A stretch of 64,000 nt of DNA from the human T2T-CHM13v2.0 reference genome, Homo sapiens, in NCBI RefSeq assembly GCF_009914755.1, contig NC_060927.1. One strand, 5' to 3'. Shown one piece after another: positions 34,201-48,175 of this stretch; position 1 is the first letter of the stretch, and each line of letters begins with the position of its first letter. The position numbers were made by a program, and so were the translations under genes. The notes under the pieces were generated by a model that saw only the letters and a program-made list of their open reading frames with translations, was not told the DNA's origin and ran no database searches.

Positions 34201-37200
34201 TATACCAACTATAAAGAGTACTGTAAGTTACTTAAAGGACATGTGATTATTTCTGTCCCTTCCACATTTATCCCAAATATTTATCTTCACTTCTATATGT
34301 AATAAAAGAAATGCAAATGTGTCAATATCAAAAAGGAAACTGAGAGGTTGCTAAAAATAAAAAAGCAGTGCTTATTTTTCAATGATTAGAGAATACCTTA
34401 CTGATAATGAAATACATAAAACTCATAGGACACTAATTTTCTGGAAATGTCTATGTATAACGATAAATTTCAAAGATCTGTTTGCTAATTATACATTATT
34501 AATCATTTATACAATATATGAATATGCTTTAAATCACCTATTTTAAAGACAATATTTTGGTTATTATTTTAAAACAGATATAAATAATAAATAATCCACT
34601 TGGTCATATTAAAATTAAGCTATTGGCTTCCAGCTCACCTAATGTGAAATTACTTTTCTTCATAACTTCCTTACTGGCCCCAGCCCCCTCTGTTTCACAA
34701 TTTTTGTGTGGATGAGAAGCGGGTAGCATTTTAAAGTAGAGAAATATCTCTGCAATGAAATAGGAATTGCAATATGTTCTTCAGCTCAAAAGGAACAGCT
34801 CTTACTTCCTGAGGAATTATAGAACTCACTCCATGTATTTTTAAAAGCTAGAGAAACAACTTATCAGTTTCTTATCAGTTTCACTTAACCCAAGCATCTT
34901 AAAAGATCAAATCTTAAAGATATAAAAGATTAGATCTTTTACATTTTAAAAAAAATAGATCTTAAATTTCTTAAAGACTTAAGGCCCATGCCCATTTCAC
35001 CATCTTATATGATTATGGATGATTATGGTACAAGCACTATCAGGTTGACCAAACATAGAAATGCCAACCCTTTAACACTGCCCAAATTTACAGCAAGCAC
35101 CTGAGAACCACACCAATCACAGGAAACACACTATATGTTGACTCTAGCAACTGAACTGGACTCCCCTTGTTCTCCAAGAAGCCTGTTTGTCATGGTTGTC
35201 CCTCTGTCCACAAACTTGTGCTGTCATTACATATACTACAAAAAAAGGGACTAAAAGGTAAATTGCAAGTTCATAGATTTATTTATTATGTTTCTATTCA
35301 CTTCAGTGTTTCAGAATATGAAACTGAACTCAACAATGACTTTTTGTGTTAAGCTTTGGGGTTTTTTCCTATTTTATCATCCTATCAATCTAAAGGTTTA
35401 AATACTATCTATTCTGCTTGCCATACTTACACAAAAATAACTTCAATTATAAATGCATGCATATATTAGGAATCGACTATCCTTTTCCCTGCTCTTATTA
35501 GTATATCATATGCAAAATATTTAGAGGCTCAGGTTGAAGAATAGATTTCTTATATTTGTATTTTCTATTGAGTATTGTCTGAACGAGACTTGTGTATGTA
35601 TGCTATTAAACCTGAGCCAAAATTTAAATGCATTTTCTTTCTCAAAATCTTCCCATTAATGAAAAATAATATGTAGTAGTTTTTTTATTTAAAAAAAGAC
35701 AAGAAAAAACAGTCAAGTTTATTTTAACAATTTTAATACCAATTGCCCAAACTATAGAAAATGTTCAAACATGAATTTTAGTAGTCTATGAAGTATAATC
35801 TACTCAGTTTGTTGCTGTTGTTGAGGGTGGAAAAAAATAAATGTATGGTGGAATTTAATGTTGCTTAGCCCAAAAATATAGTATAATATGAAATAAACCA
35901 TGTTCTTCAAATAACGAGTGTTGGCTTTAACTTAATGATTTCAAAACATCCTATAGCATCCTATTAAGAAAACTACAAAGGAAGAATAATGGTGTGCAGT
36001 AGACATGAATTTTAAGTGTCCACGTGTTTGTCCAAAGTGTTTGTGGCAGCCTGAACTTTAAAAGGAGTCTCCTTCATTTGACCATGAAACCTACCATAAC
36101 TTCACCTCTGGTCCTTCACCTCACTTCACTAAAATCAAAAGAGTTAGCATTCTCATTTTTAAAACTCAACATAGAACAAAGACAATTCCTTTTATTTTTC
36201 TGAAATTAAAATTCAGTAAATGTAGTTACTGAAATATCATTATTAATAATATTCTAGACAATTCCTTTTTTAATTTTTAAAAAATAAGTAGACATGGTTA
36301 CTGAAATATTGTTATTAAATAATATTCTGAGTTCCAATCTTGCAAGAACAGTTTTGAATGTAATCACCTAGAATTATGTATTAAATTTTGAGAAATAGTT
36401 TCCTTCAACTTTTCCTTCCCAAAATAAATCTTGACAGAGACAAAACGAAAAAAATTGTTGGCATTTAAGAGAATGAGAAGAAAAGGTTATAATGAATGCT
36501 CTTTGAATAGGTATGTTTGCAGGTATTCAATAGAGAAAGTTATACCTTCATTAATTATTAAGGGAACTATGTTTAAAAAAACTATTTTAAAGCAAATCTT
36601 TGCACCTATTCCCAAATATTTGTGAACAGGTAATTGTACTTCCTCGAGAAAAGTGAGTTCTTTTTGCTTTTATGTTTCTTTGTATCCCCCTTTTCTCCTC
36701 TCTCCTCCTCCTCCTTTTTGATTACAGTATCACTCTAGTATATACAGCTGCGATTTAGAGGGTGGCGCTTTGGAAGGTTCTTGCGACTTGATTGCTGAGA
36801 TGTTAAATGGACTATTTACCTCTGCAGGCACAAAACCCACAACCACATCTGCCCCGTAGCGCTAGCGTTGGCGGTAGTGTTCTTTCGAAGGAGGTTGTGG
36901 GCTTGGAGCTTAGAGCATGCGCAGTAACAGGAGCCTCACGGATTCCCTAACTACGCTGACCCCTACCCTTCACATCAGCGACTGGGTTCATGCAGAAGTA
37001 AACTGACTGTAGAATAACTGGACTGTTTATTGCCTATTACTCAGCTTGCTGGTAACCATTATGCCGTACAGTGGTTCTCTTTGTTGAATCTTCAGAGCAA
37101 ATTGTATCTTGTACGTTGTCAGCTTAGCTCAGCTGAATTTAATTTTGTGATACTAGCACAAATGTAATACCACGTTTACCTGTTTAAAGATAGAGGTGTC

Positions 37201-38033
37201 CATATCACGTCTTGACACAGCTCCAGAAACATCCAACAGGTGTCAACTAAGATAGAAGCTTTCTAGTTGACCTATACCCCCCGCCAAAAAACCTCTCTTT
37301 TTCTTTTATTCAGGAATAGGATTTACAGTACAGGTTTTTCTAACTTTTGTCCAAGTATTCGGGGAAAAGAATAAGACAAATGATTTCTTAGGGACATGGC
37401 AGGAAACAGGATTTGGATAAATTTCTTACTCAGAAAAAATTCCACCAAACTTTTAAGAATATTTTCCTCTTTTTTTCTATTTTTTTTCTTTTTCTTGTGT
37501 AATGATTTGTAATTTGGCGAACCTCAAACTTTCACTTCAAGTTATCCTCGTTCACTGGAGTTCCCGGATCTAATGCTTGTTTTATTCCACAAGTTCTAAA
37601 AAGTTCTCAGTTAATGTCTTCAAATACAGCTTCTACCTCATGTTCTATCTCTATCTCTCTTCTTCTATAATCCCAACTGGATAAATATTAGACCGTCTTA
37701 TTCTTTCCTTCATGTATCTTTTGTATTTTCTATTTCTTTATAACTCTGGGTTTCAATTACAGACAATTTTGTGTAAAATCGTCTGTTGAGTTTTACATTT
37801 TCATTATATTTTTCATTTCTAGAACTGTTGGGTTTTACACATCTATTAACTCTTTACTCACCATTCTATATATTTGTTTGAAACATTTTAAACAAGCTTG
37901 TTTTTATTTTTTCAGTTTTACAGTTCCTACATATGAAGACTTTTGAGCCTTAATATTGTTTATACTTGCTCTCATTCACAGTGTCTTGTTTCCCTATATA
38001 TTTATTGACTTTTTTCTTTTTACTTTGATCTTT

Positions 38034-38326
38034 CTTTTTTTTTTTTTGACAAAGTCTCACTCTGTTGCCCAGGCTGGAGCGCAGTGGCACGATCTTGGCT
38101 CACTGCAACCTCCGCCTCCCTGGTTCAAGCGATTCTCATGCCTCAGCCTCCTGAGCAGCTAGGATTACAGGCATCCGCCACCATGCCCAGCTAATTTTTG
38201 TATTTTTAGTAGACACGGGGTTTTACCATGTTGGCCAGGCTGGTCTCAAGCTCCTGACCTCAGGTGATCCACCCACCTCGGCCTCCCGAAGTGCTGGGAT
38301 TACAGGCGTGAGCCACTGCGCCTGGC
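38034..38326 (-). mobile_element. AluSx-like
   Basis: Antisense dimeric Alu. Confidence 0.95.
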
Positions 38327-39178
38327 CTCAATTTTCTCATTTTCATTTGAATTTATCTGTGGAAATTATTTGAGGCCTGAGATGAAAGTGGATTTCTTCA
38401 TGGGAGGATTAGCATTTGCTTCTGTCAGGTGTTTGTGCACATTATCAGTCTGTATCAATTTAAACTATATCACTGGCTTCAGGTTTTTTGCTTGAGTGTG
38501 TGTGTTTCATAATACCAGGTGGTGTGAATTCTGGATACAAACTTGAATAGAAGCCAAATCGTGGTTGTGACTCTTCAGGAGAAATTCTTTCCACCTCTCA
38601 TGAGAATAAAGGTTGAATAATCAAGTTTCAAGATAGGAAATTTTTTGTTCTGTTCCAGATTAATGTCAGAGTTTATTTCTAATGCATTCTTAAACTGGGA
38701 GTATAACACTTTGGGGTCCCAGTTTTGTTTAGAAGGAATCTCCTGATATAATCTTGAACTTGAGTGGGTCATAGGCTTTGTCTTCCATCCGTGAAACCTT
38801 AACAACTAATGCTTGAGACCTTCTGTGCTCAGCAAATACCACTAAAGCAAAAAACCAATGTCAGTGCTTTACTTATCTCTCATGGTTTCTGCCTTAAACT
38901 TATTTAAGTAAGCAGGTCGTAGCTGTCTAGAAAAAAAGCTCTAGAAGTACCAGAAGAATAAGGAGCTACCAAAAATAAATTTAACTACTTCTTACTCACT
39001 GTCGGCCCAGCATTTACTTTTTTTTAAAGTAGCCACAAAAAATCTTTCTTACATCAAAACAACCTTTCAGTGTTGATTTTAAGTAACGTAAACAAGCATT
39101 CATGTTTATTGCATAATCAATTACTACCACCAAACTTGAGGCCTAAGCATTTAAAGAACAGGGATTTGCACTACTATT

Positions 39179-39197
39179 TGCTGCCCTCTGCAGGTGA
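39179..39197 (-). promoter_or_regulatory. CTCF motif
   Basis: Minus strand CACCTGCAGAGGGCAGCA resembles the core consensus CCASYAGRKGGCRS. Confidence 0.6.
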
Positions 39198-42100
39198 ATC
39201 TAAAACTCACAGACAATATTGGAATTCTGGAAAAAACAAAAACTTCCGTATTCTAATGCAGATGTGCATTAGTGAACTTGAAACAAGACCGTTCATGAAA
39301 TTGCATGAAATTGCAAAGTATTTCTATGTCCATTTCATATATGCCATATAACTGGGAAATTTTACATGTTGGATGATTCAGAAGTAGGTATTTCTCTTTT
39401 GAGAAGGTTAGCAGTAAAAAGAAGAGAAATATGTTTAAGATAGAAGTTATGTGTTGGTTTGATTTTCATCCTTAAATAATGGTGTAGTTGAACATATACG
39501 TCAAATTGTAAATCATTACTTGATTGGTATCGTATCATTTTTTCCTTTAAATTCCTTTTCATTAATTGACTACCCCTCATTCAAGGAAACTCTTCTGGAA
39601 TAAGTGCAAATATCAGCCTTCAAGTTCAAAAGCCTTGTAAAAGATTGTATATCTCATTTAATTCCTCCAACTATTAAGTATCAAAGTGTAGGTATGGATA
39701 ATAGAAACCCCCAGAATATATTAAGGACTGTAAAAGTGAACGGTTTCTGAGCCTACTTTACTTATGGGACCCTGAGCAACTGAAATGTTCTATTCCACAG
39801 AATATTTCCACATAATTTTCTTTTCTAGGTGAATATAGGTTCAATTTCTTAAATATAGCCACATAGGATATAGGGGCAGTGAAAGATCTGATGCAGCCCC
39901 AGTGAGCATCCTATGGCCTGGTTTGGCTCGGGAATTCTGAAAGATTCCAGAAACAATGTAAAAGTTGGAGAGACAGACAGAGAGAGAGCACGTGTGTGCA
40001 CGCCCATTAGCTGTCCTGCAGAGGCCCTCTGGAGTGCCAGAAGTCACAACAGCAGATCACATCCTGGTTGTAATCACATCTTGATATTGATGTCAGCATG
40101 GAAAGAGAACTCATGAGTACCATATGCAATGAGTTATATTTCAAAGATTACAACACAGCATTGAGACAGCTCAAACAACAAAAGTTGTTTCCTAAACCTA
40201 AGGTGAAAGAGTGTTATGGAGAACAGATTCTGAATTTCAGTAAAGTGAAACACTCAGAAATCCACGGAGCAATGAAGTTTACTTGAAAATAATTAAGCTT
40301 TATCCTTCAGACAGAAAAGGGTATTGAGATAGAGATTTTATCCAGATGAAAGAAAAACATTACATTTTTCACATCAGCATTTGTGACGGGAAAAAAATAG
40401 TGAAAGATTCAAAAGAAGTTTCTGAAGAAATTTTGCCAGCACAATCACTTGGCTTTTGTCCATCCTTTCACTAGCATCTTACTCTCTGTTTATGTCTGGT
40501 GTTCATAATTTCTTCTGTTCTACCTAGCCCCTCCCTTAGTTTGGATAACTTTCCCCTCCAAAGCAAAGTACCACAAGAACAGGTATTATATCTATTTTGC
40601 TTATCATTTGTCTCAAATACCTAGAATGGCCCTGGCTTATGGTACATGCTTGATAAATACTTATTAAAATGACATAAAAGTTTTTTTAAAACTTGATTCC
40701 TAAAGCACAGATGAGAAACCAATCTTTTGATAGAAATATTGAATTAAGGCAAGATATTACTTTTACCTTCTCTTTCTCATTAGTGGACTGAATACGTTTT
40801 GTGGATACTTGGTTTATGGCAGTTACTAGGACCCAACTTAGAAAAGAAAGTCACCATTTGTCAGCATAAAGGACAGGCAGATTTTATCCTTTTCTTAGTA
40901 TTGTAGTTTAAATGTCATAATTTACTATTTTCCCTTTAGAATGTCCCTTTTATCCTCAATCTCTCTGACTTTATCATCACTAGGAAGAGTGAGAAAGGAG
41001 TCAGAGATTTCTTCATTAAACAGAAGAAGAAAAGGACAGATTCCAAATTACCGTAAGGTAATAGCTTAGTATTTCAAACAAACATTGTTATTTGCTGCCC
41101 CTTACTGGTAAGATAATACAATTGCTAAATCACATTTTAAAAGTGTAGTCTTTGGCCACTAAAATCTTATTTTGCAGGAAGTAGCTCTTTTACCACAACA
41201 AGAATTGTACCAGTTGGTTGTGTCAAATAACAGAACACCGTATGGGAGGAGTTGCTTAATAGAGTCCATTTTCAGGCCATCTCTTGGATAATTTACAGAA
41301 AAGTTAAGTAGAAAAAGATATTAAAGTAAACCTCATATATATAAAGGCATCCTCCCTTGCTTGAAAACTTGAAATTTATCACTGACAACAAATACTATCA
41401 GTTGCTTTCTTGAAGTAAAAAGTTCATTTCATTCATTTTGGAGAAAGTATTTTCCAAATGCACACATCTGAATAACCATGGTGTGTCTGGCAGTCACTCT
41501 TTCAAGTTAAAAAAAAAAAAATTCCATGGTAAGAAGCAGATAATTCAGTTGCAATTCAAACTAGATCCCTAGTGATTTTCTCAAAATAACCATCATCGTA
41601 CTCATTGTTCAGCAAAAGTGCTTCATGCACACTTCCCATGTCATCACACAGAAACATTAGAAAAGGGCAGGACTGAACTGCTGGAAAATGCCTTAGTGGG
41701 TGCTTTAGAATAAACCAGTGTTCTGAGAGTTTCCAGAACTGTGGAGTTGGGCCTTTGGATGCAGAAACAGCAGTTCTGCCCTGGTCTCTATTACTGGTTA
41801 TTGGGCCCAGGGATTCTGGTTATAAGAGTGATGTTTTTTTGCTTCTCATGATAGGTTAGCTAGCCATGGGGGACTTTAATTTGAGAGCAAAATGGCCTTA
41901 GCTTTACCAAGAAGGTATCCAGAACTATAGGATAACAACCTAATGTGTGGTTTTTAGTAGCCTAACTTCAGTAAACAGCATATAGATCCTGGGACTGCGT
42001 TGAAATAATCCCAAGACAGTGTATCCCAAGAAAGTGTATACGAAGGACCTAATTTTTGGAAAGCTGCAGTCAGATGACAATTCCAAGCAGAGACGTGGAA

Positions 42101-42204
42101 AATTCTGTACTGTATCAGATATGCTTAGTGTCCTTCCCACCTGAGAGAAGAGAAACAACTCTCTCCTCTTCCCTTCCCAGTAAACTATTAGAAAGAATAA
42201 TACT

Positions 42205-42510
42205 AGTCGTGCACAGTGGCTCACACCTTTAATCCCAACAGTTTGGGAGGCTGAGGCAGGCAGATCACTTGAGGTCAGGAGTTCGAGACCAGCCTGGCCA
42301 ACATGACAAAACCCCATCTCTAGTAAAAATGCAAAAATTAGCTGGGTATGGTGGTGCATGCTTGTAGTACCACCTACTCGGGAGGCTGGGGCAGGGGAAT
42401 GGCTTGAACCTGGGAGGCAGAGGTTGCAGTGAACTGAGATCCCACCACTGCACTGCACTCCAGCCTGGATAAAAAAGCAAGGCTATGTCTCAAAAAAAAA
42501 AAAAAAAAAA
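42205..42510 (+). mobile_element. AluS
   Basis: Dimeric Alu with a 20-nt A tail. Confidence 0.94.
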
Positions 42511-42799
42511 GAATACTGTCTTCCCTTCCTCATTTTCAGCCAATTCACTCAAACTTCATCCCCTACTCCCCACTGAAAACAGTAAAATAGAATATAAAGC
42601 CATCAATGGCTTTCTAACTGAAGCACAATATAGACTTATTTTAATCCTCATGTTGCTAATTCATTTCAATCAAGCCTCTTCTCAAAACTCATTTCCTAAG
42701 ACAGGCTTTCCCTGACCACCCTAACTAAAACAGTACTCATTATGGCTCTGTTGCTTTCCCTGACATTATCCCTTTTTTACTTCTATCATAGAGAATTTC

Positions 42800-43710
42800 A
42801 ATTATAGAGAGCCAACAATGCCAATCATTCACACGTGGTCAAGAATAGCGCTTATGCCCACCAGTCAGACTAGAAAACCCTATGATTCATAAATCATTGG
42901 GAATAGTACATGGAAAGGTCTTGTCTCAATGAAAGGGATTAATTAGCACTAGTCTAAGTATTGAGCTTCTCTCATCAAAGAAATCTTATATTCGAGACCC
43001 AAAAGGTCAAACTGTTTTCAAGTAACATAGCCGTAACTCAGAACAAAGCTTAAAAATTCTTATAGGAATGCAAAAATATTCAACACCCAACGAGGTAAAA
43101 TTTACATCATCTGGCAACCCATAAATAATTATTAGGCCTGGTGAGAAGTGGGAAAATAAGTCATTCAATCAAAACCAAGCTAGAATGGTCAGCACATGTT
43201 AGAATTAGCAACCAACAATATTTTAAAAGTTATAGTTGTATTCTATACATTTGAAAAGTTCAATAGAGATGTAAAATATATTTATTAGACCCAAACCAAA
43301 GTTTTAAAGGTTAAAACTACAATGTGTAAAATGAAAATGCTGAATGTAGTTAATGGCAGATTAGCATTTCAGAAGAACAGATTGGAAGATTAGTAAGTTT
43401 GAATATACAGCAATAGAAACTATCCAAAATAAAACCACAGAGAACAGGGAATTTTTTTGTAATAAACAGATCTGTGAGCTGTCACATAATTGAAACAGAC
43501 TAATGTACACATATCTATAAGTGCCTAGAGGACGTTTCAAAATGGGGAGAAAGAAAAATTATTTGAAGAAATACAACTGAAATTTTTCTAAATTTGATGA
43601 AAACTATAAAGCCACAGAGCCAGGAAGTTCAACAAACCCCAAGCACAAGAATCATAAAGGAAAATACACCAAGGTACATTACAAACAAATTGCTCAAAAC
43701 CAGGGTAATC
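42800..43710 (+). mobile_element. Old L1M 5'UTR/ORF1 fragment
   Basis: AATAGAAACTATCCAAAAT, TTTGAAGAAATA..ACTGAAATTTTTCTAAATTTGATGAAAACTATAAA, AAATTGCTCAAAAC ORF1 motifs. Confidence 0.7.
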
Positions 43711-44030
43711 CTTTTTTTTTTTTTGAGAGGAGAGTAGGCTTTATTATTCTTTATATTTTACAAATGAAGAAACATCCATTCCTCAGTCAGTGAGTCAATT
43801 GAACAACATTTATCAAATATCTGTTCATTCATGATACAATGTGAATGTATCATGGCAGGCCACACCTGCAAGTCTTTGGAGACATGAGTGTAACTGTAAA
43901 TATTAAGGGTCTATAAAAAGTCAATGAATCAATTAGAGATAAAATTCTGTTTCATTAAGATGAATTCTTAATGATGGATTCAACCAACCACATTTTATTC
44001 TTTTATTCTGTGAGTTCCTTTCAAAAAAAA

Positions 44031-45168
44031 AAACTTATTTTGGGTTCGGGTGTACACTTGCAGGTTTTTTATACAGGTGAACTCGTGTCACAGGGGTTCA
44101 TTTACAGATGATCTCATCGCCCAGGTACTAAGCCTAGTACCTAATAGTTATTTTCTCTGCCCCTCTCCCTCCTCTCACCCTCTACCTTCAAGTAGGCCCC
44201 AGTGTCTGCAAGGCAATCCCAAGCAAAAAGAACAAAGCTGGAGGCATCACACTACTTGACTTCAAGCTATACTACAATGCTACAGTAACCAAAACAGCAT
44301 AGTATTGGTACAAAAGCAGACACACAGACCAGTGGAACAGAATAGAGAGCCCCAAAATGAGGCCACACACCTACGACCATCTGATCTTCAACAAAGCTGA
44401 CAAAAATAAGCAATGGAGAAAGGATTCCCTATTCAATAAACAGTGCTGGGATAACTGGCTAGCCATAGGCAGAAGATTAAAACTGGACCTCCACCTTACA
44501 ACATACACAAAAATCAACTCAAGATGAGTTAAAGACTTAAATGTAAAACCCAAAACTGTAAAAGACCTGGAAGACAACCCAGCCAATACCATCCTGGGCA
44601 TAGGAACGGACAAAGATTTCATGACAGAGATGCCAAAAGCAATCACAACAAAAGCAAAAACTGACAAATGGCAAATGGGATCTAATTAAACTTAAGAGCT
44701 TCTGCACAGCAAAAGGAACTATCAACAGGGTAGACAGACAACCTACAGGATGGAAGAAAATATTTGCAAACTATGCATCTAACAAAGCTCTAATACCCAA
44801 CATCTATAAGGAATGTACAAAAATTTACAAGAGAAAATCAAACAACCCCACCAAAAAGTGAGCAAAGGACATGAAGAGGCACATTTCCAAAGAAGACATA
44901 CATGCGGCCAACAAGCATATGTAAAAAAGTTCAACATCACTGATCATTAGAGAAATGCAAATTAAAACCACGATGAGATACCATCTCACACCAGTCAGAA
45001 TAACTATTATTAAAAAGTCAAAAAATAACAGATACTATCAAGGTTGCAGAGAAAAGGGAACTCTTATACACTGTTTCTGGGGGGTGTAAACTAGTTCAAC
45101 CATTGTGGAAAGTAGTGTGGCAGTTTCTCAAAGAGCTAAAAACAGAACTACCATTTGACCCAGCAATC
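44031..45168 (-). mobile_element. Older L1PA with 5' inversion: 3'UTR 44031-44208 (-), ORF2 segment 44209-45168 (+)
   Basis: Antisense L1PA 3'UTR abuts sense ORF2 sequence CAAGGCAATCC..GCAAAAAGAACAAAGCTGGAGGCATCACA...CCATTTGACCCAGCAATC. Confidence 0.85.
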
Positions 45169-45184
45169 ACTTAAATAGTGTCTA

Positions 45185-45800
<616 letters not shown>

Positions 45801-46736
45801 TAGAATATTAGAATTTGACCTAATAGATATTTATAGAGTATGCCATCCAACAATAGCATAATGCACATTCTTTTTAAGTGCACATGGAACACTTATCAAG
45901 AGTGACTGTATTCTGAGCCATAAAACAAGTCTCAATTCAAACGGATTAAATCCACACAAAATGTGTTCACTAGTCATGATAAAATCTAATATCAAAAAGT
46001 TATCTGGAATATTCTCAAACATGTGGAAACTAATTGATACAACTCTAAATAACTTAGAAGTTAAAGAAGAAAACTAAAGAGAAGTCAGAAATTATTTTGT
46101 ATTGAATGTGAAAACAGAACATATCAAATTTTGGGGAAATGCCAGTAAAGTATTACTTAAGAGGAAATTTATTATAAGAGCCAGTATTAAAGAGAAAAAG
46201 GTCTCAAATAAATTACTTTAGCTTCCACCTTAAGAAACTATTTTAAAAGATTAAATTAATTCAAAGTAATAGAAGAAAGGAAATCATAAATACCAGAGCA
46301 CAAACTAATGACATAAGAAAGAGAAACATCAATGAAACCAGAAGTTGGTTATTTCAGAAGATCAATAAACTTGATAAACCGCTAGCCAGATAGATCATGA
46401 AAAAGAGAGAAGATACAGTGAGAGAGGGGACCTCATAAAAGAATCTACAGTTACTAAAGAATAATAAGGAAATACGAACAACTTTATGCCTATAAATTTA
46501 CACCTTAGATGAAGTGAAAAAAAAATCTTGAAAGACAGAAACTACCAAAGCTCACTCAAGAAGAAATACACAACCTAATAACCCTATATCTATTAATAAA
46601 TTTGAATCTATAGTTTAAAATCTTCCCATAAAGAAAACCCCAAGCCACTTTGCTTCACTGTCAATACTACCGAACATTAAAGGAAGAAACAATACGAATT
46701 CCTCACAAGCTCTTCTAGAGAACTGAAATGAAGAGA

Positions 46737-47250
46737 TGTTCTAATCACTTCCTACTCACCCTGTTCGTTAAGGAGGAGTCCCCACCCTGAGTAGAACAAG
46801 ATAGCCAAACACACAACACCTAACACTGTACCGATGAGACTAAGAAATTAAGAGATTAAGCTTAGTCACATATACAGTACTCACAGGCCAGGGAAGATGA
46901 TACTGCAAGCCACATGGCCACATGAAGCTTGCACTCAGCAAAAGAGTAAAGCAGAAACTGTGGGAGGCAGGCCATGTAGGGAAAACGGGGTGGGGTGACC
47001 ACTGGTTCCTATGGGAGGATGTGATTGGCTTCTTTGAATAATTTTACAAGCTGACAGGGAAATAAAACCTCTTAGGTTGAAGACTAGGTAGAGTGCAATT
47101 GGTCCAGCTAATAGAAGAACTAGCTGGGCAGAGAACCTTTCACACTGGTGGGGGGCAAATCTGATAAGAGCATGAGAACACACACCTAGGCCTTGGAAGC
47201 CCCGGAGGCTCGAAGATGTCAGGGCAACCCATGGAATCTCAGGCCTCACA
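46737..47250. mobile_element. Unassigned old LTR inserted in L1M
   Basis: GC-richer ~510-bp block with TG...CA ends interrupting collinear L1 ORF2 sequence. Confidence 0.5.
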
Positions 47251-47364
47251 GTATAAGGGAATGCATACCAATTCATTCTATGATGCTAGCATTACTATGA
47301 CAAAAAAAAAAAAAGACATTACAAGGAAAAAAACTATGTGCTAATATTTCGCACATAGGTTTAA

Positions 47365-47763
<399 letters not shown>

Positions 47764-47869
47764 TAACATTAAAGAATCAATCAAAGTTTTAAGAATTGTA
47801 TGTTCATCTCAATAGATTTGACAACACCCATTTCTGATTTAAAAAATAAATAAATAAATCTTAGTCTTA

Positions 47870-48175
47870 GCCCAGTGGCTCACGCCTATAATCCCAGCAC
47901 TTTGGGAGACCAAAGCAGACAGATTACTTGAACCCAGGAGTTTGAGATCAGCCTGGGCAGCATGACGAAACCCAGTCTCTACAAGAAATTCAAAACATTA
48001 GCCTGTCATGGTGGCACACACTTGTAGTCCCAGCTACTAGGGAAGCTGAGGTGGAAGAATTACTTGAGCCCAGGAGGCTCAGTGAGCTGAGGCTGTACCA
48101 TTTCACTCCAGCCTGGGCAATAGTGAGACCTTGTCTCAAAAAATAAAATTAAATTAAATAAATAAATAAATAAAT
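47870..48175 (+). mobile_element. AluJ
   Basis: Sense Alu, (TAAA)n tail. Confidence 0.9.

Noticed and set aside
41400-42200. Possible hAT transposon and ERVL internal fragments
   Set aside because: Too diverged to assign a family or boundaries by eye.
41940-42458. 172-aa minus ORF (and many similar ones in the track)
   Set aside because: Antisense Alu translation extended into flanking sequence.
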